56,313 nt of DNA from NCBI GenBank assembly GCA_964384585.1, contig CAYLME010000004.1, positions 1 through 56,313 of the forward strand, in the 5' to 3' direction. The DNA comes from an uncultured Gemmatimonadaceae bacterium (lineage in GTDB: Bacteria; Gemmatimonadota; Gemmatimonadetes; Longimicrobiales; RSA9). Below are positions 1-9,480 of this stretch, piece by piece. The translations under genes and the position numbers were made by a program. The notes beneath the pieces were generated by a model. That model searched no databases. It was not told where the DNA came from and worked only from the letters and a program-made list of their open reading frames with translations. Positions within the stretch are counted from its first letter, which is position 1; each line of letters opens with the position of its first letter.

Positions 1-3000
1 GAGCGGCTTGCGGGCGCTCCAGCGGTCGCGGCCGGCCAGCTCCTGCAGGGTCATGGCATCGAACAGCCGGCCGTTCAGCATCACCATCTGCACGCTGTCC
101 GTGTTCCGGATGTTCTCGAGCGGGTTGCGCCCGAGCACGACCAGGTCCGCCAGCTTGCCCGGCTCGAGCGAGCCAAGGTCCTTCTCCATGCCGAGGTAGC
201 GCGCACCCATGAGTGTTGCGGCATCGATCGCCTCGATCGGGCTCATGCCGCCCTGCTCGAACATCCAGAGCTCCCAGTGCGCGCCCAGCCCCTGCAGCTG
301 TCCGTGTGCGCCGAGATGCACGAGGCCGCCGGCGTCGTATACCTGCTTCGCGCCCTCCATGATGCGGATGTGGTTCCAGTCATCGTCGGCGGCCATCAGG
401 CGACGCCGCGAGCGCGGCATCACGACATCGCGCGGCGTGAAGCGGTTCAGCAGCTCGTGGCGCCACACGTCCATGTGCTGGTAGAAGTAGTACTCGCCCG
501 ACAGACCGCCGTAACCGACGATCGCGGTCGGCGTGTAGCCGACATTGCTCTGCGCGAACAGCGTGACGACGTCGTCGTACAGTACAGGCACCGGCAGCGA
601 GTGCTCTACGCCGGTATGGCCGTCCAGGATGTGCGAGACGTTGAAGTAGTAGAGCGAACCGCCCTCCGGCACGACCATAATACCCGTCTCGCGGCCTGCC
701 TTCGCGATCATCTGCCGCGCATCGCGACGCTGGTGGTTGTAGCTCTTCACGCTGATTGCGCCGACCGCCTTCATGCGGCGCAGGTGCGAGAGCGCGTCCT
801 CGTAGTTCTCGACGACTGCCTTGAAGGGCGTCTCCGCGCCGTACAGGATCGTCCCTGTCGAGTACAGTCGCGGCCCGAGCTTGAGACCCGCCCGGATCAT
901 CTCGCTGTTCGTGAACACCGTTTCCGTGCTGTTCGACGGATCGTGCGATGTCGTCACACCGAACGCGAGATTCGCAAGCAGCGGCCAGCTCTGCTGCGCC
1001 AGGATGCCCGAACCCTCGCCGCCCACGTGCGCATGGACGTCGATCATGCCGGGCATGATCGTGCGGCCGGCAACGTCGATGCGCTGTGCGTCGTCCGGTA
1101 CCTGCACACTGCCGGCAGCGCCGACGGCGACGATACGGTTCTCGCGCACGACGATCGTGCCGTTCTCGATCACGCGCGGCGTGCTGCTGCCATCCGGCGC
1201 CATCGTGATGATGCGTGCGCCCGTCAATGCGACCGTGCCGCTCGGCTTGTCCGCCGACGCGGTGAAGCCGATCTGCACACCCGTCGCTTCCGGCTCCGCG
1301 CGCTCCGCGCCGCCCTGCGCCAGGAACGTGAACGTGCGGTCGAGCGTACGCGTGAAGTACTCCGGCCCGAGCGTCCAGTGCACCCGGCTGCCATCGCCGG
1401 ACCAGTGCAGGTACATCCCTGCATCGCGCGAGATGCGCGCGACCGGGTAGCCGCTCACACGCGGGCCCAGGTCGATGGTGCGACCCGTGCGCGGGAACGC
1501 AGCAATGTAGGCGTGATAGCGCTCCGCGAACGCGACCCACCTGCCGTCCGGCGAGGGCACGATGTCGGTCGCGTTGTCGGACTGGAAGTGCACGACCTGG
1601 TCGTTGCCGTTCAGGTCCACCGAGTAAAGCGTCATCTTGCCGTCGCGATTGCCGCGCAGGTAGATGCGCTGACCGGTATGATCGAACATCGGTGCATTGC
1701 CGCCGTCCGTCACCTTGCGCGGCTCGCCGCGGCCGTCCGCACTCACGACGAAGACACCGGTGTTCTCGGCGTACAGAATGCCGCGCGAGCCGTCACCATT
1801 GACCGCACGGTATACGATCGACCGTCCGTCCGGCGAGAACGACGGCTGCGTGTAGTGGCCGGGCGTGCTCACGACGTCGCGCAGGTTCGAGCCGTCCACG
1901 CGCGCGACGCGGATGCGGCCGGCATCCTCGTCGTCCCAGCTGGCAAAGACGATGCTGCGCGAATCAGGCGAGAAACGCGGCGCCGACTCCGTCGCGGTGC
2001 CACGCGTCAGTCGCCGCGGCGAGCCGTTCGGCATCTGCTTCACGTAGATGTGACCGAGTGCCGAGTACGCGACGTGCCGCCCGTCGGGTGACGTCACGAC
2101 GTCGCGCAGCATGCGCACCGGGAACTCGTCCGGCGCCACGTCCACCTCGAAGCGCAACGGCTCGTGCACCACCTGCTCGACGGTGACGCGATACGGGATC
2201 TGTGCGTACTGCTGTGATTCGGTATCGACGCGCCAGATCCTGCCTTCACCCCAGATCACGATCGTGCGGTTGTCAGGCAGCCACGCGTACTGCGGATACA
2301 CGCCGTGTACGGACCACGCTTCCTGCATGTCACGGTCGAGCCGATCGAAGACCGGCCACTCGCGGCCCGTCTCGACGTCCTTCAGGTAGAGCTTCGACTG
2401 CAGATCGACCCGGCGGATGAACGCCAGGCGACGTCCGTCCGGCGAGGGTAGCGGCGTGATCGAGCCGCCCGGCCGGTTCACGTAGCGTTCCTCTTCGCCC
2501 GTGCGCAGATCGCGGCGGATGATCGCGTAGATGGTGCCGTACGGATCCTTGTTGTACTCGAACGTCTGGCCGGGCGTGACGTCCCTGCTGTAGTAGAGGT
2601 AGCGGCCGTCGGGCGAGATGGCGGGCTCGCCCGCGTCCTTCTGCCAGCCATTGCGCTCCGTGACCTGCAGCCCGTCGCGGCCGCTCCCGTGGTACATCCA
2701 CACCTCGCCGGCACCGAGCGAGCGCTGCTGCACGAAATGCTTGCGTACGTAGACGTACTGGCCGTCCGGCGACCAGGCCGGGCTGTTCACCAGCCGCTGC
2801 CGCTCCTTCGTCAGCTGGCGCGGGTTCGTGAAATCGGCGTCCATCAGCCAGACGTTGTGCGCACCGCCCGCATCGCTGATGTATGCGATGGTGCGGCCGT
2901 CCGGGCTGTAGCGCGGCTGCATGTCGTACGCGAGGCCAGACGTGATGCGGCGGGCCTCGCCGCCCGCGATCGGCATCGCGTACAGGTCGCCCAGCACGTC

Positions 3001-3234
3001 GAAGACTACGGTACCGCCGTCCGGGCTGACCGTGACGTTCACCCACGTCGCCTCGTCCGTCTCGAAGCGGACGGTCTGCGTCGGGCCGAAGCTGCGCGCG
3101 ACGTCCCACCTGTCGCTCGCGGTGCTCGCCGAATCCTGCTGCGCGCTCAGCGCGCCGGGCACGGACAGCAGCAAAAGGGTAGTGACGAACGCAGGCGCAG
3201 CGCACAGACGCGCGGCGGTGTACAGTCTCGACAT
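1..3234 (-). CDS. Secreted TolB-like beta-propeller / metal-dependent amidohydrolase fusion protein (start inside window, 3' end runs off the left edge)
   Basis: Absent from the supplied ORF track because it has no stop in the window. Hand translation of the minus strand from ATG 3234-3232 stays open to position 1 (1078 codons). Signal peptide MSRLYTAARLCAAPAFVTTLLLLSVPGALSAQ. Repeated propeller motifs YSPDGRTIAY, WSPDGQYVY, ISPDGRYLYY, PSPDGRRLAF, FSPDGRSIVY, PSPDGRWVAF. Amidohydrolase HxH motif PGMIDVHAHVGG and C-terminal GKLADLVVL follow. ORFs 277-2091(+), 380-1540(-) and 2330-3742(-) are shadow frames of it. Confidence 0.85.
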   Translation of the reverse strand, partial: MSRLYTAARLCAAPAFVTTLLLLSVPGALSAQQDSASTASDRWDVARSFGPTQTVRFETDEATWVNVTVSPDGGTVVFDVLGDLYAMPIAGGEARRITSGLAYDMQPRYSPDGRTIAYISDAGGAHNVWLMDADFTNPRQLTKERQRLVNSPAWSPDGQYVYVRKHFVQQRSLGAGEVWMYHGSGRDGLQVTERNGWQKDAGEPAISPDGRYLYYSRDVTPGQTFEYNKDPYGTIYAIIRRDLRTGEEERYVNRPGGSITPLPSPDGRRLAFIRRVDLQSKLYLKDVETGREWPVFDRLDRDMQEAWSVHGVYPQYAWLPDNRTIVIWGEGRIWRVDTESQQYAQIPYRVTVEQVVHEPLRFEVDVAPDEFPVRMLRDVVTSPDGRHVAYSALGHIYVKQMPNGSPRRLTRGTATESAPRFSPDSRSIVFASWDDEDAGRIRVARVDGSNLRDVVSTPGHYTQPSFSPDGRSIVYRAVNGDGSRGILYAENTGVFVVSADGRGEPRKVTDGGNAPMFDHTGQRIYLRGNRDGKMTLYSVDLNGNDQVVHFQSDNATDIVPSPDGRWVAFAERYHAYIAAFPRTGRTIDLGPRVSGYPVARISRDAGMYLHWSGDGSRVHWTLGPEYFTRTLDRTFTFLAQGGAERAEPEATGVQIGFTASADKPSGTVALTGARIITMAPDGSSTPRVIENGTIVVRENRIVAVGAAGSVQVPDDAQRIDVAGRTIMPGMIDVHAHVGGEGSGILAQQSWPLLANLAFGVTTSHDPSNSTETVFTNSEMIRAGLKLGPRLYSTGTILYGAETPFKAVVENYEDALSHLRRMKAVGAISVKSYNHQRRDARQMIAKAGRETGIMVVPEGGSLYYFNVSHILDGHTGVEHSLPVPVLYDDVVTLFAQSNVGYTPTAIVGYGGLSGEYYFYQHMDVWRHELLNRFTPRDVVMPRSRRRLMAADDDWNHIRIMEGAKQVYDAGGLVHLGAHGQLQGLGAHWELWMFEQGGMSPIEAIDAATLMGARYLGMEKDLGSLEPGKLADLVVLGRNPLENIRNTDSVQMVMLNGRLFDAMTLQELAGRDRWSARKPL

Positions 3235-3390
3235 GAAGAGCCTCCAGCAGGTGCCGATGTCTCGGGGTCCGGGAAAGTAGGCGCGACGCAGGTGCGGGCG
3301 AAAGCCGGAGCCGATGATCGCGCCATCCTTCCGCTCTGCGGTGCCTCGCAGTATCCTTCCGGCCCACGGAGCCAACCAGCCGGAGGCGGC

Positions 3391-3777
3391 ATGCAAGAGC
3401 GCAAATTCTACGCGGAACGGGTACGTCGATACGTCCAGAAGATCGAAGGCGTCCTCTACGACGCCTATCTGAAGATCGAGGAAGAGCGCCAGGAGAAAGG
3501 CCTCGGCCAGCCGGCACCGGAGGACATCGACGTCCTGTCATGGCCGCAGACGTGGCCCGATACACGCGCCGGATTCGAGAAGCCGCTGCGCGACACGCGG
3601 CCGACCGAGCAGACCAACGTGGTGCTCGATTCGGTGCTCGGCATCGCGCTGGTCTACCACGCCGGTCATTTCGCGCGTCGGGTGGAGCAGCGCTCCGAGC
3701 CATTCTGGAACGCCGTCCGTGCGCGCAGGCTGCCAGGCGCATCCGACGAGGCAGGCTGGAAGGCGCTCGGCGCCTGA
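3391..3777 (+). CDS. Hypothetical protein, 128 aa
   Basis: ATG 3391 is preceded by GGAGG (3382-3386). Composition is balanced (MQERKFYAERVRRYVQKIEGVLYDAYLKIEEERQEKG...), unlike the Arg-rich upstream part of track ORF 2689-3777. No family recognised. Confidence 0.55.
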   Translation: MQERKFYAERVRRYVQKIEGVLYDAYLKIEEERQEKGLGQPAPEDIDVLSWPQTWPDTRAGFEKPLRDTRPTEQTNVVLDSVLGIALVYHAGHFARRVEQRSEPFWNAVRARRLPGASDEAGWKALGA

Positions 3778-3803
3778 GTCACTTTTCGACAACGGAGGTC
3801 CTC

Positions 3804-5168
3804 GTGGCGAGGCTCGCTACCGCCATGCTGCTGCTGGCGCTCGTGCTGCCAGCTGCCGTGTCCGCCCAGACAGCGACTACACCCGTTCCGCCCGCGCGCG
3901 ACCCACGCATCAGCGCGATCGCAGACGCACCGCAGCCGGACCGTATCGAGCGCGACATCCGCACACTCGTCGATTTCGGCACACGCAGCACGCTCTCCGA
4001 CACGCTCTCGACCACGCGCGGCATCGGTGCCGCGCGCCGGTGGATCAAGGCGGAATTCGATCGGATCTCCACCGCCTGCGGCGGCTGCCTCGAGGTCGGC
4101 TACCAGCGCATGCTCGTGAAGGGTGACCCGCAGGGTCGGATCAAGGAGGACACCTGGGTCGTCAGTGTCGTTGCGATACAGCGTGGCACCACGATGCCGG
4201 ACCGCTATGTCATCATGAGCGGCGACATCGACTCGCGCGTCAGCGACGTGATGGACGCCACGTCCGAGAGCCCCGGTGCGAACGACAACGCGAGCGGCAT
4301 GGCGGGCACGATCGAAGCCGCGCGCGTGCTCTCGCAGTACCGCTTCGGCAAGTCGATCGTCTATGCCGGCCTGTCCGGCGAGGAGCAGGGCCTGTTCGGC
4401 GGACAGCACATGGCCGATATCGCGGTACAGGAGGGCTGGATCATCGAGGCAGTGCTGAACAACGACATGATCGGCAACATCCAGGGTGTCAACGGCGTGA
4501 TCGACAACACCAGCTTCCGCGTGTTCTCCGAGCCGACACCCGTTACCGAAACGGAGCGCGACCGCCTGCGGCGTCGCGTGACCGGCGGCGAGATCGACGG
4601 ACCGTCACGCCAGCTTGCGCGCTATGTCGCGCGCATCACCGACGAGTACTTCACGAACCTCGAACCCATGATGATCTACCGCCTGGACCGGTTCGGCCGC
4701 GGCGGACACCACCGCCCGTTCAACGATCGCGGTTTTCCGGGCGTGCGGATCATGGAAACGAACGAGAACTACAACCGGCAGCACCAGGACCTGCGTACCG
4801 AGAACGGCATCGAGTATGGCGACGTGATCGAGTGGGTCGATTTCGACTACGCCGCCCGACTCACCGGCGTCAACGCCGCCGTGCTCGCGGCACTCGCCTG
4901 GGCACCCGCACCCCCGCAGTCCGTGCGCATCAGCGGCGCCGTCCGCCCGTCCACGACACTGCAGTGGGAGCCGTCACCAGCTCCGAACGTCACGGGCTAC
5001 AAGATCTACTGGCGGCTCACCACCGCACCGCAGTGGACCGACTGGGTCTGGGTCGGCAACACGACGTCGCACACTCTCGAGAACGTGGTGATCGACAACT
5101 ACCTGTTCGGTGTGGCGGCAGTCGGTGCGGATGGCAACGAGAGCGTCGTGGTGTTTCCGGGCTCGTAA
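3804..5168 (+). CDS. Secreted M28-family aminopeptidase with C-terminal fibronectin type III domain
   Basis: GTG 3804 lies 5 nt after GGAGG (3794-3798), in frame with track ORF 3540-5168; alternative ATG at 3825. Signal peptide VARLATAMLLLALVLPAAVSAQ. M28 motifs GANDNASGMAG and LSGEEQGLFG. FN3-like tail PPQSVRISGAVRPSTTLQWEPSPAPNVTGYKIYW. Confidence 0.85.
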   Translation: MARLATAMLLLALVLPAAVSAQTATTPVPPARDPRISAIADAPQPDRIERDIRTLVDFGTRSTLSDTLSTTRGIGAARRWIKAEFDRISTACGGCLEVGYQRMLVKGDPQGRIKEDTWVVSVVAIQRGTTMPDRYVIMSGDIDSRVSDVMDATSESPGANDNASGMAGTIEAARVLSQYRFGKSIVYAGLSGEEQGLFGGQHMADIAVQEGWIIEAVLNNDMIGNIQGVNGVIDNTSFRVFSEPTPVTETERDRLRRRVTGGEIDGPSRQLARYVARITDEYFTNLEPMMIYRLDRFGRGGHHRPFNDRGFPGVRIMETNENYNRQHQDLRTENGIEYGDVIEWVDFDYAARLTGVNAAVLAALAWAPAPPQSVRISGAVRPSTTLQWEPSPAPNVTGYKIYWRLTTAPQWTDWVWVGNTTSHTLENVVIDNYLFGVAAVGADGNESVVVFPGS

Positions 5169-5178
5169 CGGAAGAATC

Positions 5179-5400
5179 AACCACAGAGAACACAGTGAAC
5201 ACAGAGGCCTGCGGGATGTCCGCAGGCCTCTCCTGCAACGACAGATTTATGGTGTAGTTGCGTTCGCCCCTACGTAACCGCGCAAGCGCGACGAGCGTTC
5301 GTGCACCAGGAAACACAATAACAAGGATCCTGGCGTATCCGCGGGACCCGGCCGCAGACCGACGACCGCCTCAGTGTCCTCTGTGTCCTCCGTGGTGAAA
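5179..5400. repeat. Pair of inverted 9-mer-repeat elements (5179-5207 and 5369-5400) bracketing a less GC-rich ~160 nt core
   Basis: Left arm is aaccacagagaacacagtgaacacagagg. The reverse complement of the right arm is tttcaccacggaggacacagaggacactgagg. They match at about 25 of 33 positions by hand alignment. Same family as 37201-37248 and 33438-33476. Confidence 0.55.
5203..5231 (+). terminator. Hairpin downstream of the M28/FN3 gene
   Basis: Perfect 12-bp stem agaggcctgcgg / ccgcaggcctct with loop gatgt, 35 nt after stop 5168 in a convergent spacer. No clear U-tract. Confidence 0.45.
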
Positions 5401-5419
5401 AACGCTGTTGAAGTGAACC

Positions 5420-7474
5420 TCAATCGCCGCCACTCACCCAGCAACGCAGCACTTCTGCCACGCTCCACGCCTGTGCGATGCAGCCGCGGGCGGCAAACGG
5501 CTCTTCGGCATCGAAGATTTCTGCTATGCTGCCCACGCCGAAATCATCCAGATGCAGCACGAACCCGTGCAGCAGGTCTCTCGTTTCGGCAGCGCGCTCC
5601 GGATGTACGCGGCGCCATGCATCGATGTAGGGTCCGATCAGCCAGCCCCAGACGGTGCCCTGGTGGTACGCGGCGTCGCGGGCGCGCAGGTCGCCCCAGT
5701 AGCGCGCTGCGTAGCCGTCGGAGCCGCGCGCGAGGGAGCGGAGGCCAACGGGCGTGAGGAGTTCGCGCTCGACGATCTCCATCACCGGTGCCCAGCGGTG
5801 CTCGTCGAGGATGGGGTGCGGCAGCGAGATGGCGAGCACCTGGTTGGGACGCAGTGCGTGGTCGTCGCCTGACTCGCCGTCCACCACGTCGTAGAGGTAG
5901 CCGCCTTCGGCGTACCAGAAACGCTCGTTGAACGAAGCGCGCGCGCGGTCGGCCGCTGCACGCAGTCGATCCGCGGCGCTCGCGTTGCCGGCGTCGCGCT
6001 CCCAGCCCTCGAGCAGGCGCAGTGCGTTGTACCAGAGCGCATTGATCTCGACGGCCTTGCCGCGGCGCGGCGTGACGACCCAGTCATCGACCTTGGCGTC
6101 CATCCACGTGAGCTGGTAGCCGTCCGCACCCTGGGTCAGCAGGCCGTCGGATGGGTCGACACCGATGCCGAAGCGTGTACCGCGGATGTGATGCTGCACG
6201 ATGTCGCGCAGCACGGGCAGCAGCCGTGCGAGCGTGTCGTTGTCGCCGCTCGCCCGGACGTAGCGATCGATTGCGTGGAAGAACCACATCGTCGCATCGG
6301 CGGTGTGGTACACGCCCTCGGTGGCGTGGTCCGGGAACATGTTGGGGATCAACCCGTCGCGGACATGGCTCGCGAAGGTGCGCAGGATGTAGCCGGCCTC
6401 GCGCCTGCGCCCGGTCGTGAGCGTCAGACCCTCGAGCGAGATCATCGTGTCGCGGCCCCAGTCCGTGAACCAGTGATAGCCCGCGATGATCGTGCGTGCC
6501 TCGTCACCCGCCGCGTGTGAGCGGGCGAGCTCGGTCGCCCGTGTCGCCGGCCGCACGATGAACTGGTCCGCCGCCAGCACGAGGTGTCCGGCGATCTCCT
6601 CCTCGGTCGGTACGGATGCAATCTGCAGCAGGCGGTCGCGTCGCTGCAGCTCGGCCTCGATCACGTCCCCGGCAGTGAGGTTCTCGATCGTTTCGTATGG
6701 TTCGGTCGATGCCACGAGCATCGTTTCACTGCCGGGCTCGAGAGGCGCACGAAAATAGCCCGGCGTCCACAGCTCACCATGATCGCGGAAGCCGCGGTTC
6801 GCTTCCACGCGGTACCGCAGCTCCGAAACACGCCGCTCCTCCTGCACGAGCAGTGCGTTGCTGCACACCAGGCCGAGCGACGGATGCGGGCCGGCGCCGA
6901 GCAGGCGGAACCGGTGCTTGCCATCTGCAACGATCATGTGCGGCTCGAGCAACCGCGTGCTGACCGGATCCTCGTAGCCGCGAAAATGCGCGAACGGATG
7001 CAGCCGCAACGTGGCTGCGCCGGGCCCGTCGAGCATACGGTACACCACGCACGTCGTGTTCTGGCCGTACGGCATCAGCACACGCCGTTCGATGTGGTAA
7101 CCCTTTATGTCGAAGTCCCATACTGGCAGGCCAGCCTCGAGGCGGAAGCCCACGAGGTAGTCCGATACCGGAGCATCCGTCGCAGTCGCCGTCTCAGACG
7201 CTCCGAACGGCACCACCGTGCGATCGCCAGGCTCGAGTTCTTCCCACAGATGGTTCAGCATCACGACGCGGCCCAGCGGCGCGGGCAGTGCTGCGACCAG
7301 CATCCCGTGATAGCGACGCGTGAGCGCACCTGCGATGGTCGTGGACGCGTAGCCGCCCAGCCCGTTCGTCACGAGCCACTCGCGTTCGAGCAGCGGTTCC
7401 GGCCCTGCGCCCGGATCGAGCACGAGCGGCCGAGTGATCTGGCAGCGATGCGTCGGTTCGATCGATACGCTCAT
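5420..7474 (-). CDS. Glycogen debranching enzyme (archaeal-type N-terminal domain + amylo-alpha-1,6-glucosidase)
   Basis: 684 aa. N-terminal EWLVTNGLGGYASTTIAGALTRRYHGMLVAAL and catalytic-domain GYHWFTDWGRDTMISLEGL are typical of the GDE_N_bis/GDE_C family. The start ATG overlaps the treZ stop (ATGA at 7471-7474). Confidence 0.9.
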   Translation of the reverse strand: MSVSIEPTHRCQITRPLVLDPGAGPEPLLEREWLVTNGLGGYASTTIAGALTRRYHGMLVAALPAPLGRVVMLNHLWEELEPGDRTVVPFGASETATATDAPVSDYLVGFRLEAGLPVWDFDIKGYHIERRVLMPYGQNTTCVVYRMLDGPGAATLRLHPFAHFRGYEDPVSTRLLEPHMIVADGKHRFRLLGAGPHPSLGLVCSNALLVQEERRVSELRYRVEANRGFRDHGELWTPGYFRAPLEPGSETMLVASTEPYETIENLTAGDVIEAELQRRDRLLQIASVPTEEEIAGHLVLAADQFIVRPATRATELARSHAAGDEARTIIAGYHWFTDWGRDTMISLEGLTLTTGRRREAGYILRTFASHVRDGLIPNMFPDHATEGVYHTADATMWFFHAIDRYVRASGDNDTLARLLPVLRDIVQHHIRGTRFGIGVDPSDGLLTQGADGYQLTWMDAKVDDWVVTPRRGKAVEINALWYNALRLLEGWERDAGNASAADRLRAAADRARASFNERFWYAEGGYLYDVVDGESGDDHALRPNQVLAISLPHPILDEHRWAPVMEIVERELLTPVGLRSLARGSDGYAARYWGDLRARDAAYHQGTVWGWLIGPYIDAWRRVHPERAAETRDLLHGFVLHLDDFGVGSIAEIFDAEEPFAARGCIAQAWSVAEVLRCWVSGGD

Positions 7475-9480
7475 CCGTCTCTCTTCCGCATTCCTGTTTC
7501 TTCCCCTGCGATGCGTTCGGGCCGTTCGTCGGGCGTTGTCCCTGGTTGCGTGCCTGCACGTTCAGCGCCGTGCTGCGTTCGCAGCGCGTCTGTTTCCAAC
7601 GTCGGTTGGAGCAGCACGGCGGCGTGTGCGGGCAGCCGCCAGCCGCGTTGCGTTTCCGGCTCGGGCGTGCCCGGTCCGCCATAGCGCACGTCCGCGCTCG
7701 ACCACTGCACGGACCATGCGTGGCCGGGCGGCGGCGCGAGCAGCGGCTCCGCGATCGAAGCGCGTCGCATGCGACGTCCCAGGTTCACGATCAGCAGGCG
7801 CGCATCCGCCCCGTCATCCCAGCGCAGCAGAAACGCGCGGCTGCCAAGTACGGCGCCGGCGGGCACACGCTGCAGCACACGCTCCGTGCGGCTCAGTGTG
7901 ATCAGATCACGATGCAGAGCGAGCCATTGCGCGTGCGTTGGCGTGTTGCGCTCCGCCAGGTCGAGCGTGCACTGCTCGACTGTTCGCCGTGAGCGTGGAT
8001 CAGGCGGTGCCGTGCCGGCAGCAGCGATGCTCTCGAACTGCTGCAGGAATTCGACGCGCCCGGCAGCAACGCGCTCGCCGAGCTCGCCCGTATGGTCGGC
8101 GAAGTACAGAAAGGGCTGTGCGGCGGCATACTCCTGTCCCTGGAAGAGCAGGACATGCGCAGGCCCAAGCAGCAGGAAGGCAGTGAGTGCGCGCACGAGC
8201 GCATGGTCATTCGCTGCATGGATGCGTTCGCCGCGCAGCGAGTTCGCGACCTGGTCGTGGTTCTGCACGTATGCGACCAGCCGCTCCGGACCGACATCCG
8301 CCGCGTACTGCCCGCGACGCTTCTGCTGCCAGCCGGATCGCTGCCCCTCGAACAGCCAGCCGCGCGTCGCCAGCGACACCAGCTCCTGTGCATCACCGGT
8401 GTAGTCGCTGTAATAGGCCTCGCTGCGTCCAGTCAGCGCGACCGAAAGGCTGTGATGGAAATCGTCGTTCCAGAGTGCATCCATGCCGTAGCCACCAGCA
8501 TCCGGCGTCCGCAGCATGTGCGGCTCCTGCGGCTCGTTCTCGGACGTGATCAGTATGCGACGTCCTGCAGCAGCCTCTCGCGCTGTGCGCACGACCTCCG
8601 CCAGGATATGCGGCTCGCTGTCGTCCTTGACGTCCTGTGTCGCGTCGAGGCGGAGGCCGTCAAAATGAAAATCACGGATCCAGTAGGCGGCATTCTGCAG
8701 AACGTAGGAACGCGCGATCGGTGCGCCGATACCGTCGAAATCGAGACACTCGCCCCAGTCCGTAACGTGCCGTGACGACAGGAACTCCGGCACGTAGTGC
8801 AGCATGTAGTTGCCGTCAGGACCGAAGTGGTTGTACACCACGTCCAGTATCACACCAATGCCAAGCTCATGTGCGCGATCCACGAACGCGCGCAGGTCGT
8901 CCGGTGTGCCATAGTGGTGATACGGCGCGAAATGCTGCACGCCGTCGTAACCCCAGCCGAACGCGCCCGCGAACTCCGCGATCGGCATCACCTCTATCAC
9001 CGTGACACCAAGGTCGGCGAGGTGACCGAGCTGGGCGGCGGCCGCACGCCAGGTTCGTTCGGACGTGAACGTGCCGGTATGCATCTCGTAGATGATCTGC
9101 CTGCCGCCGGAGATGCCGGCCCACTCCCGGTCCGTCCACGCGAACGACGGATCCACGACGCAGGACGCGCCGTGCGGGCCGTCCGGCTGCCAGCGCGACC
9201 ACGGATCCGGCAATGCCTCGCCGCCATCGAGACTGTAGCGGTAGCGCGTACCGGCACCGATGCCCGGAACATGTGCGGCGAACGTGGCAGCATCGATGCG
9301 ATCGAGCGGGAACCGTGCGTCGTCGAGAACGACGTCCACCCGTTGCGCGCGGGTCGCATGCACGCAGAACTCGACGCCGTCATCGCGCAGAAAGGCTCCG
9401 GGCAGACCTGCTGCTGCCGTTGCGCTGCGCGGGCGGACCAGGCCCTCGCGCTGCGCGCCCGCGCGATCAGCGCGCGACAC
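7471..9480 (-). CDS. treZ: Malto-oligosyltrehalose trehalohydrolase (GH13)
   Basis: GH13 motifs GVILDVVYNHFGPDGNY, FDGLRLDATQDV, ITSENEPQ, VQNHDQVAN, and MHTGTFT...VIEVMPIAEF typical of TreZ. The start is uncertain: GTG 9480 chosen (14 nt overlap with the upstream gene); in-frame alternatives are ATG 9528 and GTG 9513/9588. A charged, low-complexity C-terminal tail follows the last recognisable conserved block. Confidence 0.8.
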   Translation of the reverse strand: MSRADRAGAQREGLVRPRSATAAAGLPGAFLRDDGVEFCVHATRAQRVDVVLDDARFPLDRIDAATFAAHVPGIGAGTRYRYSLDGGEALPDPWSRWQPDGPHGASCVVDPSFAWTDREWAGISGGRQIIYEMHTGTFTSERTWRAAAAQLGHLADLGVTVIEVMPIAEFAGAFGWGYDGVQHFAPYHHYGTPDDLRAFVDRAHELGIGVILDVVYNHFGPDGNYMLHYVPEFLSSRHVTDWGECLDFDGIGAPIARSYVLQNAAYWIRDFHFDGLRLDATQDVKDDSEPHILAEVVRTAREAAAGRRILITSENEPQEPHMLRTPDAGGYGMDALWNDDFHHSLSVALTGRSEAYYSDYTGDAQELVSLATRGWLFEGQRSGWQQKRRGQYAADVGPERLVAYVQNHDQVANSLRGERIHAANDHALVRALTAFLLLGPAHVLLFQGQEYAAAQPFLYFADHTGELGERVAAGRVEFLQQFESIAAAGTAPPDPRSRRTVEQCTLDLAERNTPTHAQWLALHRDLITLSRTERVLQRVPAGAVLGSRAFLLRWDDGADARLLIVNLGRRMRRASIAEPLLAPPPGHAWSVQWSSADVRYGGPGTPEPETQRGWRLPAHAAVLLQPTLETDALRTQHGAERAGTQPGTTPDERPERIAGEETGMRKRDG

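Noticed and set aside
277-3742. Long track ORFs 277-2091(+) 604 aa, 380-1540(-) 386 aa, 2330-3742(-) 470 aa and 2689-3777(+) upstream part.
   Set aside because: Their compositions are Arg/Ala/His-rich and low-complexity, with no motifs. They are alternative frames of the genuine 1-3234(-) propeller-amidohydrolase gene, which shows clear family motifs. This is the usual high-GC shadow-ORF artefact.
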